Below are positions 20,312 to 29,380 of a DNA stretch of 64,000 bases, in pieces; the stretch's first letter is position 1; every line of letters starts with the position of its first letter. The translations under genes and the position numbers were made by a program. Below the pieces are notes generated by a model. The model saw only the letters and a program-made list of their open reading frames with translations. It was not told the DNA's origin and did not search any database. The stretch is from the NCBI GenBank assembly GCA_037142555.1, contig JBAXAJ010000004.1, positions 21,738 to 85,737 of the forward strand, in the 5' to 3' direction. The stretch is from Candidatus Shapirobacteria bacterium. Lineage in GTDB: Bacteria > Patescibacteriota > Microgenomatia > UBA12405.

Positions 20312-20853
20312 GCGCGGATTTGAATTTATTACCATCAAGAGCCAAGTTTCAAGCTGCGAAGATCAAATTAAAGAAAACAATAATGTCTTTTGTTTGGATT
20401 TTTGTGTTCACTTGGGTGGCTTTGTTGACTGTAGTTTTAGCTATATTTTTTATTAGTAAATTTAGCCTAGACTTGACTTCAAAAAAATATACATCAGAAC
20501 AAAATCAATATAAAGCATTGGCCGATGACGTTTCAATTAGCTATCAAATCAAATATAGAGCTAAATTGGTTGGTAAAGTCTTAAAAGATCGTTTTGAATA
20601 TGGTAATTCAATTACAAAAATTTATAATATTTTTTCTGCTGATGTTTTGATAAATAATTACGAAATTAAAGGAGAAAAAACTTTTTCTGTAAATGGAAAA
20701 GTTCTTGATGGAGCTAATCTTGACGAAGTTGAAGAAAAAGAAAGAGAAATAAACAGGGGTGACTCAGAAGATTTTGTTTCAGCAAAATTGATTTCAATTA
20801 AGATGAATCCAGATAAAAGTTGGAATTTTGCGATGGAGGTTAAATTAAAATGA
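20308..20853 (+). CDS. pilN: PilN
   Basis: LNLLPSR motif, a single TM, and overlap with the end of pilM. Confidence 0.6.
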   Translation: MSADLNLLPSRAKFQAAKIKLKKTIMSFVWIFVFTWVALLTVVLAIFFISKFSLDLTSKKYTSEQNQYKALADDVSISYQIKYRAKLVGKVLKDRFEYGNSITKIYNIFSADVLINNYEIKGEKTFSVNGKVLDGANLDEVEEKEREINRGDSEDFVSAKLISIKMNPDKSWNFAMEVKLK

Positions 20854-21614
20854 AGAAATTAGATTTTAAATTGCCAGAAAGCATTTTTGGTTTTGAAATT
20901 GGCTTAGTCAAAATTTTGTTACTCCCCTTGCCTCTTATTTTCTTTTTTATAGTTAGTTTAAATTTAGTAATTATTCCAAAAATTGGCGAGATTGGATCAA
21001 CTACTAAAGAAATAACCAAAATTAAGGCTCAAACTAAGGTTGTTGTTGAGAAAAAAGTATATTTAATGTCGAGAGACCAAGAAAAATTGAAGACTGATGA
21101 GGCATATTTGCAAAGTGCTATTTTGAAAGAAAATCAATCTTATTTTCTAGTTGAAGTAGTTCGTTCGGTCGCTAGTAAATATGGTTTTCAAATTAAAAGC
21201 TTTTCAATATCTCCTGGGAAATTAAAAGATGATGATAAGGTCAAAATTGCTAATAAAGATGTAATGAATAGACTACCAATTAGTGTTGTTTTAGTTGGCC
21301 CTAAGGAAAAACATTTAGATTTATTGTTAGCTATGGAAAAAAGTTTGCCAATTTTGGTGATAGATAAATTTAGTATTAACACTTCTGGAGAAATGGCTGA
21401 ATTGAACCTAGATGTTAATTCTTTTTATCTTAATAATAAAGTTGCTTCTGATGTTGTCAATTTGTCTTTAAGCGATTTGACTCTTAATAAAGATGAAGCC
21501 GATTTATTAGACAGATTGGGTGATTTTGAGAAAGTTGAACTTGGTTCAGCTGTTAAAAGTGGAGAAAGTGGTCAATTTATTAAATATCAAAAAGAAAATC
21601 CTTTTAGTCTTTAA
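20850..21614 (+). CDS. pilO: PilO-like
   Basis: TM segment plus a coiled-coil. It follows pilN with overlap. Confidence 0.45.
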   Translation: MKKLDFKLPESIFGFEIGLVKILLLPLPLIFFFIVSLNLVIIPKIGEIGSTTKEITKIKAQTKVVVEKKVYLMSRDQEKLKTDEAYLQSAILKENQSYFLVEVVRSVASKYGFQIKSFSISPGKLKDDDKVKIANKDVMNRLPISVVLVGPKEKHLDLLLAMEKSLPILVIDKFSINTSGEMAELNLDVNSFYLNNKVASDVVNLSLSDLTLNKDEADLLDRLGDFEKVELGSAVKSGESGQFIKYQKENPFSL

Positions 21615-21615
21615 T

Positions 21616-21849
21616 TTACTCTTTTATTTTTAGAGCGAATTTGATGTTAGGATAGGATAGATTTAAAATAGTTCGGATTGATTTGATTACTTTCCCTTCT
21701 TTTCCAATGATTTTTCCAACCATTTCACTTGGAGCTGATATTTCAAAAACAGTGACGTCTTCAACTTCTTCACTGGTGACAGAAATTTCTTCTGGTTTTT
21801 CAACGATAGCCTTTAAAATATACTCAAGAGTGTCAGAGATGTTGTTCAT
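21616..21849 (-). CDS. KH-domain RNA-binding protein (YlqC/UPF0109-like)
   Basis: GKIIGKEGKVIKSIRT KH motif, directly downstream of rpsP. Confidence 0.55.
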   Translation of the reverse strand: MNNISDTLEYILKAIVEKPEEISVTSEEVEDVTVFEISAPSEMVGKIIGKEGKVIKSIRTILNLSYPNIKFALKIKE

Positions 21850-21858
21850 AGGTGTTAA

Positions 21859-22128
21859 TTATTCAGCAGCTGCTTCTTTTTTAATCTTTTTCTTTTTTGG
21901 ATATTTATCTGGGTTTAGAAGTTTATCTAGACCTTGGGTGACTTGAGCACCTTTTTTTTGCCAATCAGCCATTTTGGCTTTATCAATGACGAAAGCTTTG
22001 GTGTGTGGAGTAAAATAACCGATGTCGTCAACAAAGTTACCATTAACTTTGCTTCGAGCTTCAGCAATTACTATTCTGTAAGTGATTTGATGTTTTTTGC
22101 CACGAGGAGCAAGTTTTATTTTTAGCAT
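21859..22128 (-). CDS. rpsP: 30S ribosomal protein S16
   Basis: MLKIKLAPRGKKHQITYRIVIAEARSKVNGNFVDDIGYF. Confidence 0.85.
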   Translation of the reverse strand: MLKIKLAPRGKKHQITYRIVIAEARSKVNGNFVDDIGYFTPHTKAFVIDKAKMADWQKKGAQVTQGLDKLLNPDKYPKKKKIKKEAAAE

Positions 22129-22138
22129 ATGTTGTCGA

Positions 22139-22831
22139 TTATACAGGATTATTAATGATTTTGGTAGCTTTAATAGAGGCGTCCTCTTCAGCTTTTTGTT
22201 TTGAGTTGCCTTTGCCGGTAGTTATTAGATTTTCATTAAGATAGACACCGACTTCAAATAGTTTTTGGTGATCAGGTCCACTTTCATTAATTGTTTTGTA
22301 ATGTGGGGTGATTCCCCTCTTGGCTTGGGCTATTTCTTGAAAAACGCTTTTTGGATCTTTATATATTTTTTTTGAAGATAAATTAGCTATGCTTTGGTCG
22401 AGCATGTAGGCTAGAAATTTGTAGGCTGCTTCTAGACCCTGATCAAGGTAGATAGCACCGACAATAGCTTCAAAAGTGTCAGCTAGGATTGATTGGTTAG
22501 TTCGACCACCATGGTTTTCTTCACCTTTAGAAAGAGCAATATATTCACCTAGATTGATTTTTTCGGAAACTAGGGCTAAATTTTCGGTTCTGACGACTAA
22601 AGATCGAAGGTTTGTTAAATCACCTTCGTTGAAATCTGGAAATTTTTTGAAAAGAATGTCGGAAATCCATAGTTCAAGGATTGAATCACCTAAAAATTCG
22701 TATCTTTCGTTGGATTCAAGTTTTTTTTCTTTATTTTCGTTTAAATAGGATCGGTGGTTTAGAGCTTGAGCCAGCTTGGTGGTATCTTGGAAATTTACTT
22801 TAATTTTAGATTGTAATTCATCTAATTTCAT
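22139..22831 (-). CDS. rnc: Ribonuclease III
   Basis: ERYEFLGDSILE signature and a C-terminal dsRBD. Confidence 0.85.
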   Translation of the reverse strand: MKLDELQSKIKVNFQDTTKLAQALNHRSYLNENKEKKLESNERYEFLGDSILELWISDILFKKFPDFNEGDLTNLRSLVVRTENLALVSEKINLGEYIALSKGEENHGGRTNQSILADTFEAIVGAIYLDQGLEAAYKFLAYMLDQSIANLSSKKIYKDPKSVFQEIAQAKRGITPHYKTINESGPDHQKLFEVGVYLNENLITTGKGNSKQKAEEDASIKATKIINNPV

Positions 22832-22833
22832 AT

Positions 22834-23205
22834 TTATTTTAGATCAGTAATGTCCATTTTTTTAACTGCGTTGCCGATTACACCATTCACAAAAGAAGAA
22901 CTTGTTTCGGTGCCAAATTCTTTGGCAATTTCAACAGCTTCATCAATTACTACCTTAGGTGGATTCTTTTTATCAAACATTAATTCCCAAAAAGCATAGC
23001 GCAAGACACTTAAATCAACTTTATTGATTTTATCAATAGGCCATTTTTGAGCGTTTTCTTGGATGATTAGGTCAATTTCTTTAACTTTTTCTTGAATTTT
23101 GTCGAAATCTTCAACATTGTTTTCGTTCCCACCACATTCCCACGCAAATAATGCTTGGATATTTTTAATTCTGTTTAAATGACGTGGATCGTTTTTATTT
23201 TTCAC
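22834..23205 (-). CDS. nusB: Transcription antitermination factor NusB
   Basis: NusB-like helices (LSVLRYAFWEL, VVIDEAVEIAKEFGTETSSSFVNGVIGN). Confidence 0.6.
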   Translation of the reverse strand: MKNKNDPRHLNRIKNIQALFAWECGGNENNVEDFDKIQEKVKEIDLIIQENAQKWPIDKINKVDLSVLRYAFWELMFDKKNPPKVVIDEAVEIAKEFGTETSSSFVNGVIGNAVKKMDITDLK

Positions 23206-23353
23206 TGTTTACAATTTGGACATTGAAAACCAGCCATTCTAGGCTGACCGCAATTTTTACAGACTACGGTTTTTTGGATTGTTGGGCCTTTGTCGGCGGC
23301 TCTTCTTTTACCTTGTCGGCGGCTAGAGGGCCAATGTTTTGGTACTGCTGTCA
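23203..23353 (-). CDS. rpmF: 50S ribosomal protein L32
   Basis: Manual minus-strand translation gives MTAVPKHWPSSRRQGKRRAADKGPTIQKTVVCKNCGQPRMAGFQCPNCKQ. It is below the ORF-track size cutoff, and a spurious + ORF (23184..23372) overlaps it. Confidence 0.75.
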
Positions 23354-23416
23354 TGGGAGTATTGTATCATGAAGATTTTCTTCTTAGAAGATGTTAGGAG
23401 GTGTATAATTCGGTAT

Positions 23417-24406
23417 ATGAAAATAAAAGTGAGTGAATTAAAAAAAATAGTTGATATTATATTAACAAAATATAAATATAATCCAGTGGAAGTTGAAATA
23501 ATTAGTGAAATTTTGATGTATGCTCAATTAAGAGGAAATAACCAAGGTATTGTAAAGTTAATCAACCAAAAGTTTGCTAAAGATGTTAATGCTGGTGAAA
23601 TTGAAGTTACAGAAAGAACAAAATTATCAGTTTTAATTAATGGTAACCATAATTCTGGAATGGTGGTGCTTAAAAAAGCTATGGACAGAGCTATTGGAAT
23701 AGCAAAAGAACATGGCTTTGGAATTGTTGGTATGAATAATACAAATAGTTCTACTGGAGCAATTGGTTATTATGCTAATGAAATTGCTAAACAAGGATTG
23801 ATAGGTTTTGTTTTCGCTGGTTCCCCTGAGACTGTTAACACCCATGGATCTTTTGAACCTATATTTGGAACAAATCCTCTTGCTATTGGAATGCCTTCTG
23901 ATGGTGATCCGGTGGTATTGGATATGGCGACAGCTTCAATGGCTTATTTTGGATTAATTGAAGCAGCAACTGCTGGAAAAAAAATTCCAGAAGGAATTGC
24001 TTATGATGAAAATGGAAACTTAACTACTGATCCAAACTTAGCTTTGGATGGAGCAATCAGACCTTTTGACAGATCTTATAAAGGTGCAGGATTGGCTATG
24101 ATGATAGAAATATTGACTGGTCCCCTTGTGGCAGCATCATTTACTGGAATTGGAGATACAGAAACTAACTGGGGCAATTTAATTTATGTAATTGATCCAA
24201 ATTTATTGGTTGACGTAAAAACTTTTAAATTTCAAGTGTCTCAAATGGTAGAAAAAGTTAAATCGACTAAAAAATTGCCAGGTGTTGATGAAATATTTGT
24301 TCCTGGAGAAATGGGAAATAAATTAACTAAGCAAAATTTAGATAGAGATGAAATAGAAATTGAAGATAACCTTTTGAACAAACTTAAAGAAGTTGTTGAA
24401 AACTAA
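23417..24406 (+). CDS. Ldh_2 family (malate/L-lactate/sulfolactate-type) dehydrogenase
   Basis: HGSFEPIFGTNPLAIGMP and YKGAGLAMMIEILTG motifs. The likely start is the internal Met at 23417. Confidence 0.65.
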   Translation: MKIKVSELKKIVDIILTKYKYNPVEVEIISEILMYAQLRGNNQGIVKLINQKFAKDVNAGEIEVTERTKLSVLINGNHNSGMVVLKKAMDRAIGIAKEHGFGIVGMNNTNSSTGAIGYYANEIAKQGLIGFVFAGSPETVNTHGSFEPIFGTNPLAIGMPSDGDPVVLDMATASMAYFGLIEAATAGKKIPEGIAYDENGNLTTDPNLALDGAIRPFDRSYKGAGLAMMIEILTGPLVAASFTGIGDTETNWGNLIYVIDPNLLVDVKTFKFQVSQMVEKVKSTKKLPGVDEIFVPGEMGNKLTKQNLDRDEIEIEDNLLNKLKEVVEN

Positions 24407-24487
24407 ATGAATATGGAGCAAAGAACTCAGATTTTGTTGGTTGTGAACATTGTGGTGCTTGCACAACAGAAGCTGATTATATGAATT

Positions 24488-26497
24488 TTAGTTATTAATA
24501 GTGGTGCCGGAGCTGAGATTTTCGGAAATGATTTGAAAAAAATTGTAGTTTGGATAGTTGTTTATAATTTCTTTAAGAATTTCTTGGCTGAAGCTGATAA
24601 GTTTAGTGTCAGAGAAAGAAGCAATTTTAAGAGATGGGAAACCATGTTGGATAGTGGAAAAAACTTCGCCTGGTCCCCTATTCTTTAAATCATATTCAGA
24701 AATTTTTAGACCATTGTCATTTTTTTCGAGAAAATTAAGACGATCGATGGCTTTTTGATTTTCAGATTCAGTGAAAAGATAGCAATAACTTTGTTGATGA
24801 CCACGACCGACTCGACCGCGAAGTTGGTGAAGTTGGGCTAATCCAAAACGATCAGCTGATTGAATAATGATTATAGAAGAATTTGGGATGTCGACACCGA
24901 CTTCAATTATTGGAGTGGTGACTAGAACATTTATTTTATTATCTTTGAATTTTTTAATGATTTCTTCTCGATCTTTAATTTTAATTTTGCCATGGATAAG
25001 GCCTAATTTTAAATTTGGAAAAACATCTTGAGATAAATGTTCGAATTCTTTAACAGCTGATTTAACACTGGCCATTGATTCGGAAATGTCGATGAATGGA
25101 CAAACAATGAAGGCTTGGCATTTAGTTTTTTTAATTTCAGTTTCAATCCATTTATAACAATTTGTTTTTTTATGTTGAGGAACTAGAAAAGTTTTTATTT
25201 GAAGACGGTTTTGGGGAAGAGTGTCGATGGTGGAAATGTCTAGATTTCCAAGCAGAGTCAGACTGATTGTTCGAGGGATTGGGGTGGCAGTCATAGTTAG
25301 ACAATGAGGAAGTTTTAGGGATGAATTTAAAAATGATCTTTGTTTAACTCCAAATTTGTGTTGTTCATCAATTATTAGGAGAGAAATTTCGTTAGTTAAA
25401 TCATTTTTTTGATAGATAATGGCGTGGGTGCTGATGATTATTCCATTTTTAGGAATTTTTTTAAGATCTACTTTTTTGGAGCCAGTTAATAAGAAAATAG
25501 GAATATTTTTGCCTTTTAGAATAGATTCAAAGTTTTGGTAGTGTTGTTGAGCCAGAATTTCAGTTGGAGCAACTATGACTGAAAGACAATTGTTAAGATG
25601 AGCTAGATAACAAGCCATTAAAGCGACAATGGTTTTGCCGGAACCAACATCACCCTGCAGTAGACGATTCATAACTTGTTTTTTGTTACTTAAATCAGAA
25701 AAAATTTCATCTATAACTTTTGTCTGGCAACTGGTTAATTCATAAGGCAGAGATTTTATTAGAGTTTTAATTTTTTGATCAATAGTTTTAGTGATTTTGA
25801 AATTATTTTTTGGACTTTTTTGAAGCCAATCTTTTTTGGAAAGATAGGATCTAATTTGAAGAGATAGTATTTCTTCAGTGGCTAGTCTGGTTCTAGTTTG
25901 TTCTAAAGTTTGAGAATTTTTAGGGCAATGGATTTCTTCTAGGGCTGTTTTTAGATCTATAAGTTTAAATTTTTTAATTAATTCAGTAGGCAAAGTTTCT
26001 TTGATTGGGGCTATTAAATTTTTGATTTGAGTTTGAATTGTTTTACGAAACCATTTTGAACTTAGACCACTAGTCTCTGGATAAATAGCGATTATTTTGC
26101 CAGTGTTATATTGTCCATATTCTGGGGCAATAATGGTTTTTTTGTTTTGGAACAAAGAAACGGTTCCAGCAAAACTTAGAGTCTCCCCTGTTTTGATAGA
26201 AGTTGATAAATATGGTTGGTTAAACCAAATTAAATCTATTCTTCCAGTATCATCAGAAATAGTGGCTTTTTGAAGATTTTTGCCGTTTCTAGTGTAGATA
26301 TTTTTGAAATCGAGAACTTGGCCAGTGATGGTGACATTATTGTTTTCTAGGACAGAATTTATTTTGACAGATTTAGAAAAATCAATGTATCTTGAGGGGA
26401 AATGATAGAGCAGGTCTTGAGCTGAGTTAATATTGAGACGTTTCAATTTTTCTAGAATTTTTGGACCGATGCCAGGAATTTGAGAAAGACTATCCAT
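24488..26497 (-). CDS. recG: ATP-dependent DNA helicase RecG
   Basis: N-terminal wedge domain, GDVGSGKT, DEQHKFGV, and helicase C motifs. Confidence 0.8.
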   Translation of the reverse strand: MDSLSQIPGIGPKILEKLKRLNINSAQDLLYHFPSRYIDFSKSVKINSVLENNNVTITGQVLDFKNIYTRNGKNLQKATISDDTGRIDLIWFNQPYLSTSIKTGETLSFAGTVSLFQNKKTIIAPEYGQYNTGKIIAIYPETSGLSSKWFRKTIQTQIKNLIAPIKETLPTELIKKFKLIDLKTALEEIHCPKNSQTLEQTRTRLATEEILSLQIRSYLSKKDWLQKSPKNNFKITKTIDQKIKTLIKSLPYELTSCQTKVIDEIFSDLSNKKQVMNRLLQGDVGSGKTIVALMACYLAHLNNCLSVIVAPTEILAQQHYQNFESILKGKNIPIFLLTGSKKVDLKKIPKNGIIISTHAIIYQKNDLTNEISLLIIDEQHKFGVKQRSFLNSSLKLPHCLTMTATPIPRTISLTLLGNLDISTIDTLPQNRLQIKTFLVPQHKKTNCYKWIETEIKKTKCQAFIVCPFIDISESMASVKSAVKEFEHLSQDVFPNLKLGLIHGKIKIKDREEIIKKFKDNKINVLVTTPIIEVGVDIPNSSIIIIQSADRFGLAQLHQLRGRVGRGHQQSYCYLFTESENQKAIDRLNFLEKNDNGLKISEYDLKNRGPGEVFSTIQHGFPSLKIASFSDTKLISFSQEILKEIINNYPNYNFFQIISENLSSGTTINN

Positions 26498-26579
26498 AAA
26501 AATAATAATAACAGATTTTATTTTAGTTTTCGGGTTTAGTTTGGGTTAAATAATTTTATATTTGTGCTATGATTAATTC

Positions 26580-26684
26580 ATGGCAATTAAAGGTAAAACA
26601 ATTAAAAAAGTTATTTTAGCGTTGACTCTGGCAGCTTTATTGCTTTCTGGGTTGGTGCCATTTTTTTCAGTTTTATTAAACTAA
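26580..26684 (+). CDS. Small hydrophobic ORF (34 aa), uncertain
   Basis: MAIKGKTIKKVILALTLAALLLSGLVPFFSVLLN, ending 1 nt before the PBP ORF-track start. Confidence 0.2.
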   Translation: MAIKGKTIKKVILALTLAALLLSGLVPFFSVLLN

Positions 26685-26753
26685 ATGAGAGGAAGTCTTT
26701 TTTTTAAATTAAAAAATTGGGTTATACTAAGGTATAGGTATTTGAGATATAGA

Positions 26754-29291
26754 ATGTCGAAGATTAATTTTAAAGATAAGAAGTTTTGGTATAAATTTGT
26801 GATTGGATTTTTGATTCTGATTGTAGTTGGCTTTTTGATGACAATGATAGTTTTTGCTATCTTTTCAAAAGATTTGCCTTCCCCTTCTAAGGTAGTAAGG
26901 CGAGATGGTTTTTCCAGCAAAATTTATGATCGAAATGGTGAGCTTTTATATGATGTCTTTAAAAATGAAAAAAGAATTCCAGCAGTTTGGTCTGATGTTC
27001 CAGATTATTTAAAGAAAGCGACAATTGCAGTTGAAGATAAAGAATTTTATAAGCACAAAGGGTTTGACCCTTTAGCTCCTTTTAGAATTATTAAGAACGT
27101 TTTTTATTTTCATAAATTAACAGGAGGATCAACATTGACCCAACAGTTGGTCAAAAATGTATTGTTAAGTTCAGATGTGACTGTCACTCGTAAAATTAAA
27201 GAGTTTATTTTGGCAGTTCAAATTGAAGCGAAGTATAAAAAGGACGACATTCTCTTAATGTATTTAAATGAAGCTCCATATGGTGGAATAGCTTGGGGTA
27301 TTGAAGCAGGATCACAACAATATTTTAATAAGCCGATTAAAGACTTAAATTTGACAGAATCAGCTATTTTGGCTGGTTTGCCACAAAGACCAAATGCTTA
27401 TTCACCTTTTTCAAAAACACCAATGGCATATGTTGATAGAACTAAACATGTTTTAACTAGAATGGTGGAAGATGGTTATATTAGTCAAGAGGCAGCGGAC
27501 CAGGCTCTAGAAGATGCAAAAACATATGTATTTAGTAAAAATAGAAGTCAGATTGTAGCTCCACATTTTGTTTTATGGATTAGGGATGTTTTGATTAAAA
27601 AATATGGAGAAGAAGTGGTTAATAATGGTGGTTTAAAAGTCACAACAACTTTGGATTTGAGATTACAGGAAGAAGCTGAAAAGATTATGTATGAGGAAAT
27701 TGATAAAGCCGAGAAATTAGGAATCAGTAATGGTGCTTCTATAATGGTTGATCCAACTAATGGCCAAGTTTTATCAATGGTTGGTTCAAGAGATTATTTT
27801 TCTGATAAAACTGATGGTAATTTTAATGTGGTAACTCAAGCCTTAAGACAACCAGGTTCAGCTATTAAACCAATCACCTATTTGGCAGCAATTCAAAAAG
27901 GTTACACAGCTAGTAGTTTAATTATGGATACACCAGTTACTTTTCCTGGAGGTGCTGGTCAAAAAGATTATAGTCCGCAAAATTATACTGGCAAGTTTGT
28001 TGGTCCACTTAGTTTAAGGAATGCTTTGGGTAACTCTATTAATACGACTGCTGTTAAAACTTTAGCTCGAGTTGGCTTAAAAAATATGTTGACTTTAGCA
28101 AATGATATGGGGTTAACAACTTTGGCTCCAACAAAAGAAAATTTGGCTCGATTTGGTTTAGCAGTTACTCTTGGAGGTGCTGAAGTTAAAATCATTGATT
28201 TAGCTGGAGCATACACAGCTTTTGCTAATGGTGGTAACAGTATGGCACTAAATGGTGTTTTAAAAGTGGAAGATTCTAGTGGCAGAGTTTTGGAAGAATT
28301 CAAAGCACCTGAGGGTAAAAAAGTTATGACACCACAAGAGGCTTTTATTATTTCTAATATCTTACAAGACAATAGTGCTAGAACTTTAACTTTCGGAGCA
28401 GTTAATGGATTGATAATTCCTAATTATCAAGTTGCTGTTAAAACTGGAACAACAAATGATAAGAGAGATAACTGGGCTATTGGTTGGACCCCAAATTTGT
28501 TAAGTGTGGTTTGGGTGGGAAATAATGATAACTCCCCTATGGGTAAAGTTGCTTCTGGTGTTTCTGGAGCTTCTCCAATTTGGCGTAGATTAATGCTTTA
28601 TGAAGTTCCAAAAAGAACAAAACAAGACTTCCCAATTCCAGAAAAGATTGTCAGTGTAGATGTAGATATTGTTTCTGGTTATCCAGCTCATGATGGTTTC
28701 CCTTCAAGACCTGATTATTTTATTGATGGGACTCAACCAAACACTCCAGATCCAATTCATATCATGGCAAAAGTTTGTAAAGATAGTAATGGGCTAGCAC
28801 CTCCAGAAGATGTGGCTTCAAATAATTTCAACACCAAAGAATTCTTTAGTTTTAAAGAAGATGACCCAGTTTCAACTGATGGCAAGAATAGGTGGCAAGA
28901 TGGAATTAATAAATGGCTTTCAACCCAGGGTGATCAAAGTAAATATAACCCACCTACTGGTTATTGTAGATCTGGTGGCTTGATTGATTTGGGATTTGAT
29001 AATATTTCTGATAATTCGGTAGTTAGTCCAACCTTTGATGTTAAAGCTCACACTACTTCATTAGTAAAAATTGTAGAGATGAAACTTTGGGTTGACGGAC
29101 AAGAACAAAAGAGCTGGTCAGAAAAACCTTATGAAACTACTTTGACATTAGCTGATGGTATTCACACTCTTAAAATCAAGGCAACTGATAGAGATGGAAA
29201 CAGTAAAGAGAGAGAAATAAAGATTGAAGTTAAAAGCCCGATTAGCCCAACAACTACAGTAATTCCAACAGTTGGAGAAACTACCCCTTAG
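26754..29291 (+). CDS. Class A penicillin-binding protein (transglycosylase/transpeptidase)
   Basis: GT51 motif AVEDKEFYKHKGFD. Transpeptidase motifs SAIKP, SIN and KTGT. N-terminal TM. C-terminal extra beta domain. Confidence 0.8.
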   Translation: MSKINFKDKKFWYKFVIGFLILIVVGFLMTMIVFAIFSKDLPSPSKVVRRDGFSSKIYDRNGELLYDVFKNEKRIPAVWSDVPDYLKKATIAVEDKEFYKHKGFDPLAPFRIIKNVFYFHKLTGGSTLTQQLVKNVLLSSDVTVTRKIKEFILAVQIEAKYKKDDILLMYLNEAPYGGIAWGIEAGSQQYFNKPIKDLNLTESAILAGLPQRPNAYSPFSKTPMAYVDRTKHVLTRMVEDGYISQEAADQALEDAKTYVFSKNRSQIVAPHFVLWIRDVLIKKYGEEVVNNGGLKVTTTLDLRLQEEAEKIMYEEIDKAEKLGISNGASIMVDPTNGQVLSMVGSRDYFSDKTDGNFNVVTQALRQPGSAIKPITYLAAIQKGYTASSLIMDTPVTFPGGAGQKDYSPQNYTGKFVGPLSLRNALGNSINTTAVKTLARVGLKNMLTLANDMGLTTLAPTKENLARFGLAVTLGGAEVKIIDLAGAYTAFANGGNSMALNGVLKVEDSSGRVLEEFKAPEGKKVMTPQEAFIISNILQDNSARTLTFGAVNGLIIPNYQVAVKTGTTNDKRDNWAIGWTPNLLSVVWVGNNDNSPMGKVASGVSGASPIWRRLMLYEVPKRTKQDFPIPEKIVSVDVDIVSGYPAHDGFPSRPDYFIDGTQPNTPDPIHIMAKVCKDSNGLAPPEDVASNNFNTKEFFSFKEDDPVSTDGKNRWQDGINKWLSTQGDQSKYNPPTGYCRSGGLIDLGFDNISDNSVVSPTFDVKAHTTSLVKIVEMKLWVDGQEQKSWSEKPYETTLTLADGIHTLKIKATDRDGNSKEREIKIEVKSPISPTTTVIPTVGETTP

Positions 29292-29341
29292 CTTTGTCCT
29301 ATCCTTAGGGAAAATCAGAAAATAGATTACAATTAGCACTC

Positions 29342-29362
29342 TTGTGTATTGACTGCTAATGT
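29342..29362. terminator. Bidirectional hairpin between convergent genes
   Basis: aatgtgtat-tta-atacacatt, a perfect 9-bp stem, between the PBP stop (29291) and the pheT stop (29381). Confidence 0.45.
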
Positions 29363-29380
29363 GTATTTAATACACATTGT

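Noticed and set aside
23184-23372. 62-aa plus-strand ORF
   Set aside because: It is antisense to a convincing rpmF (L32) gene.
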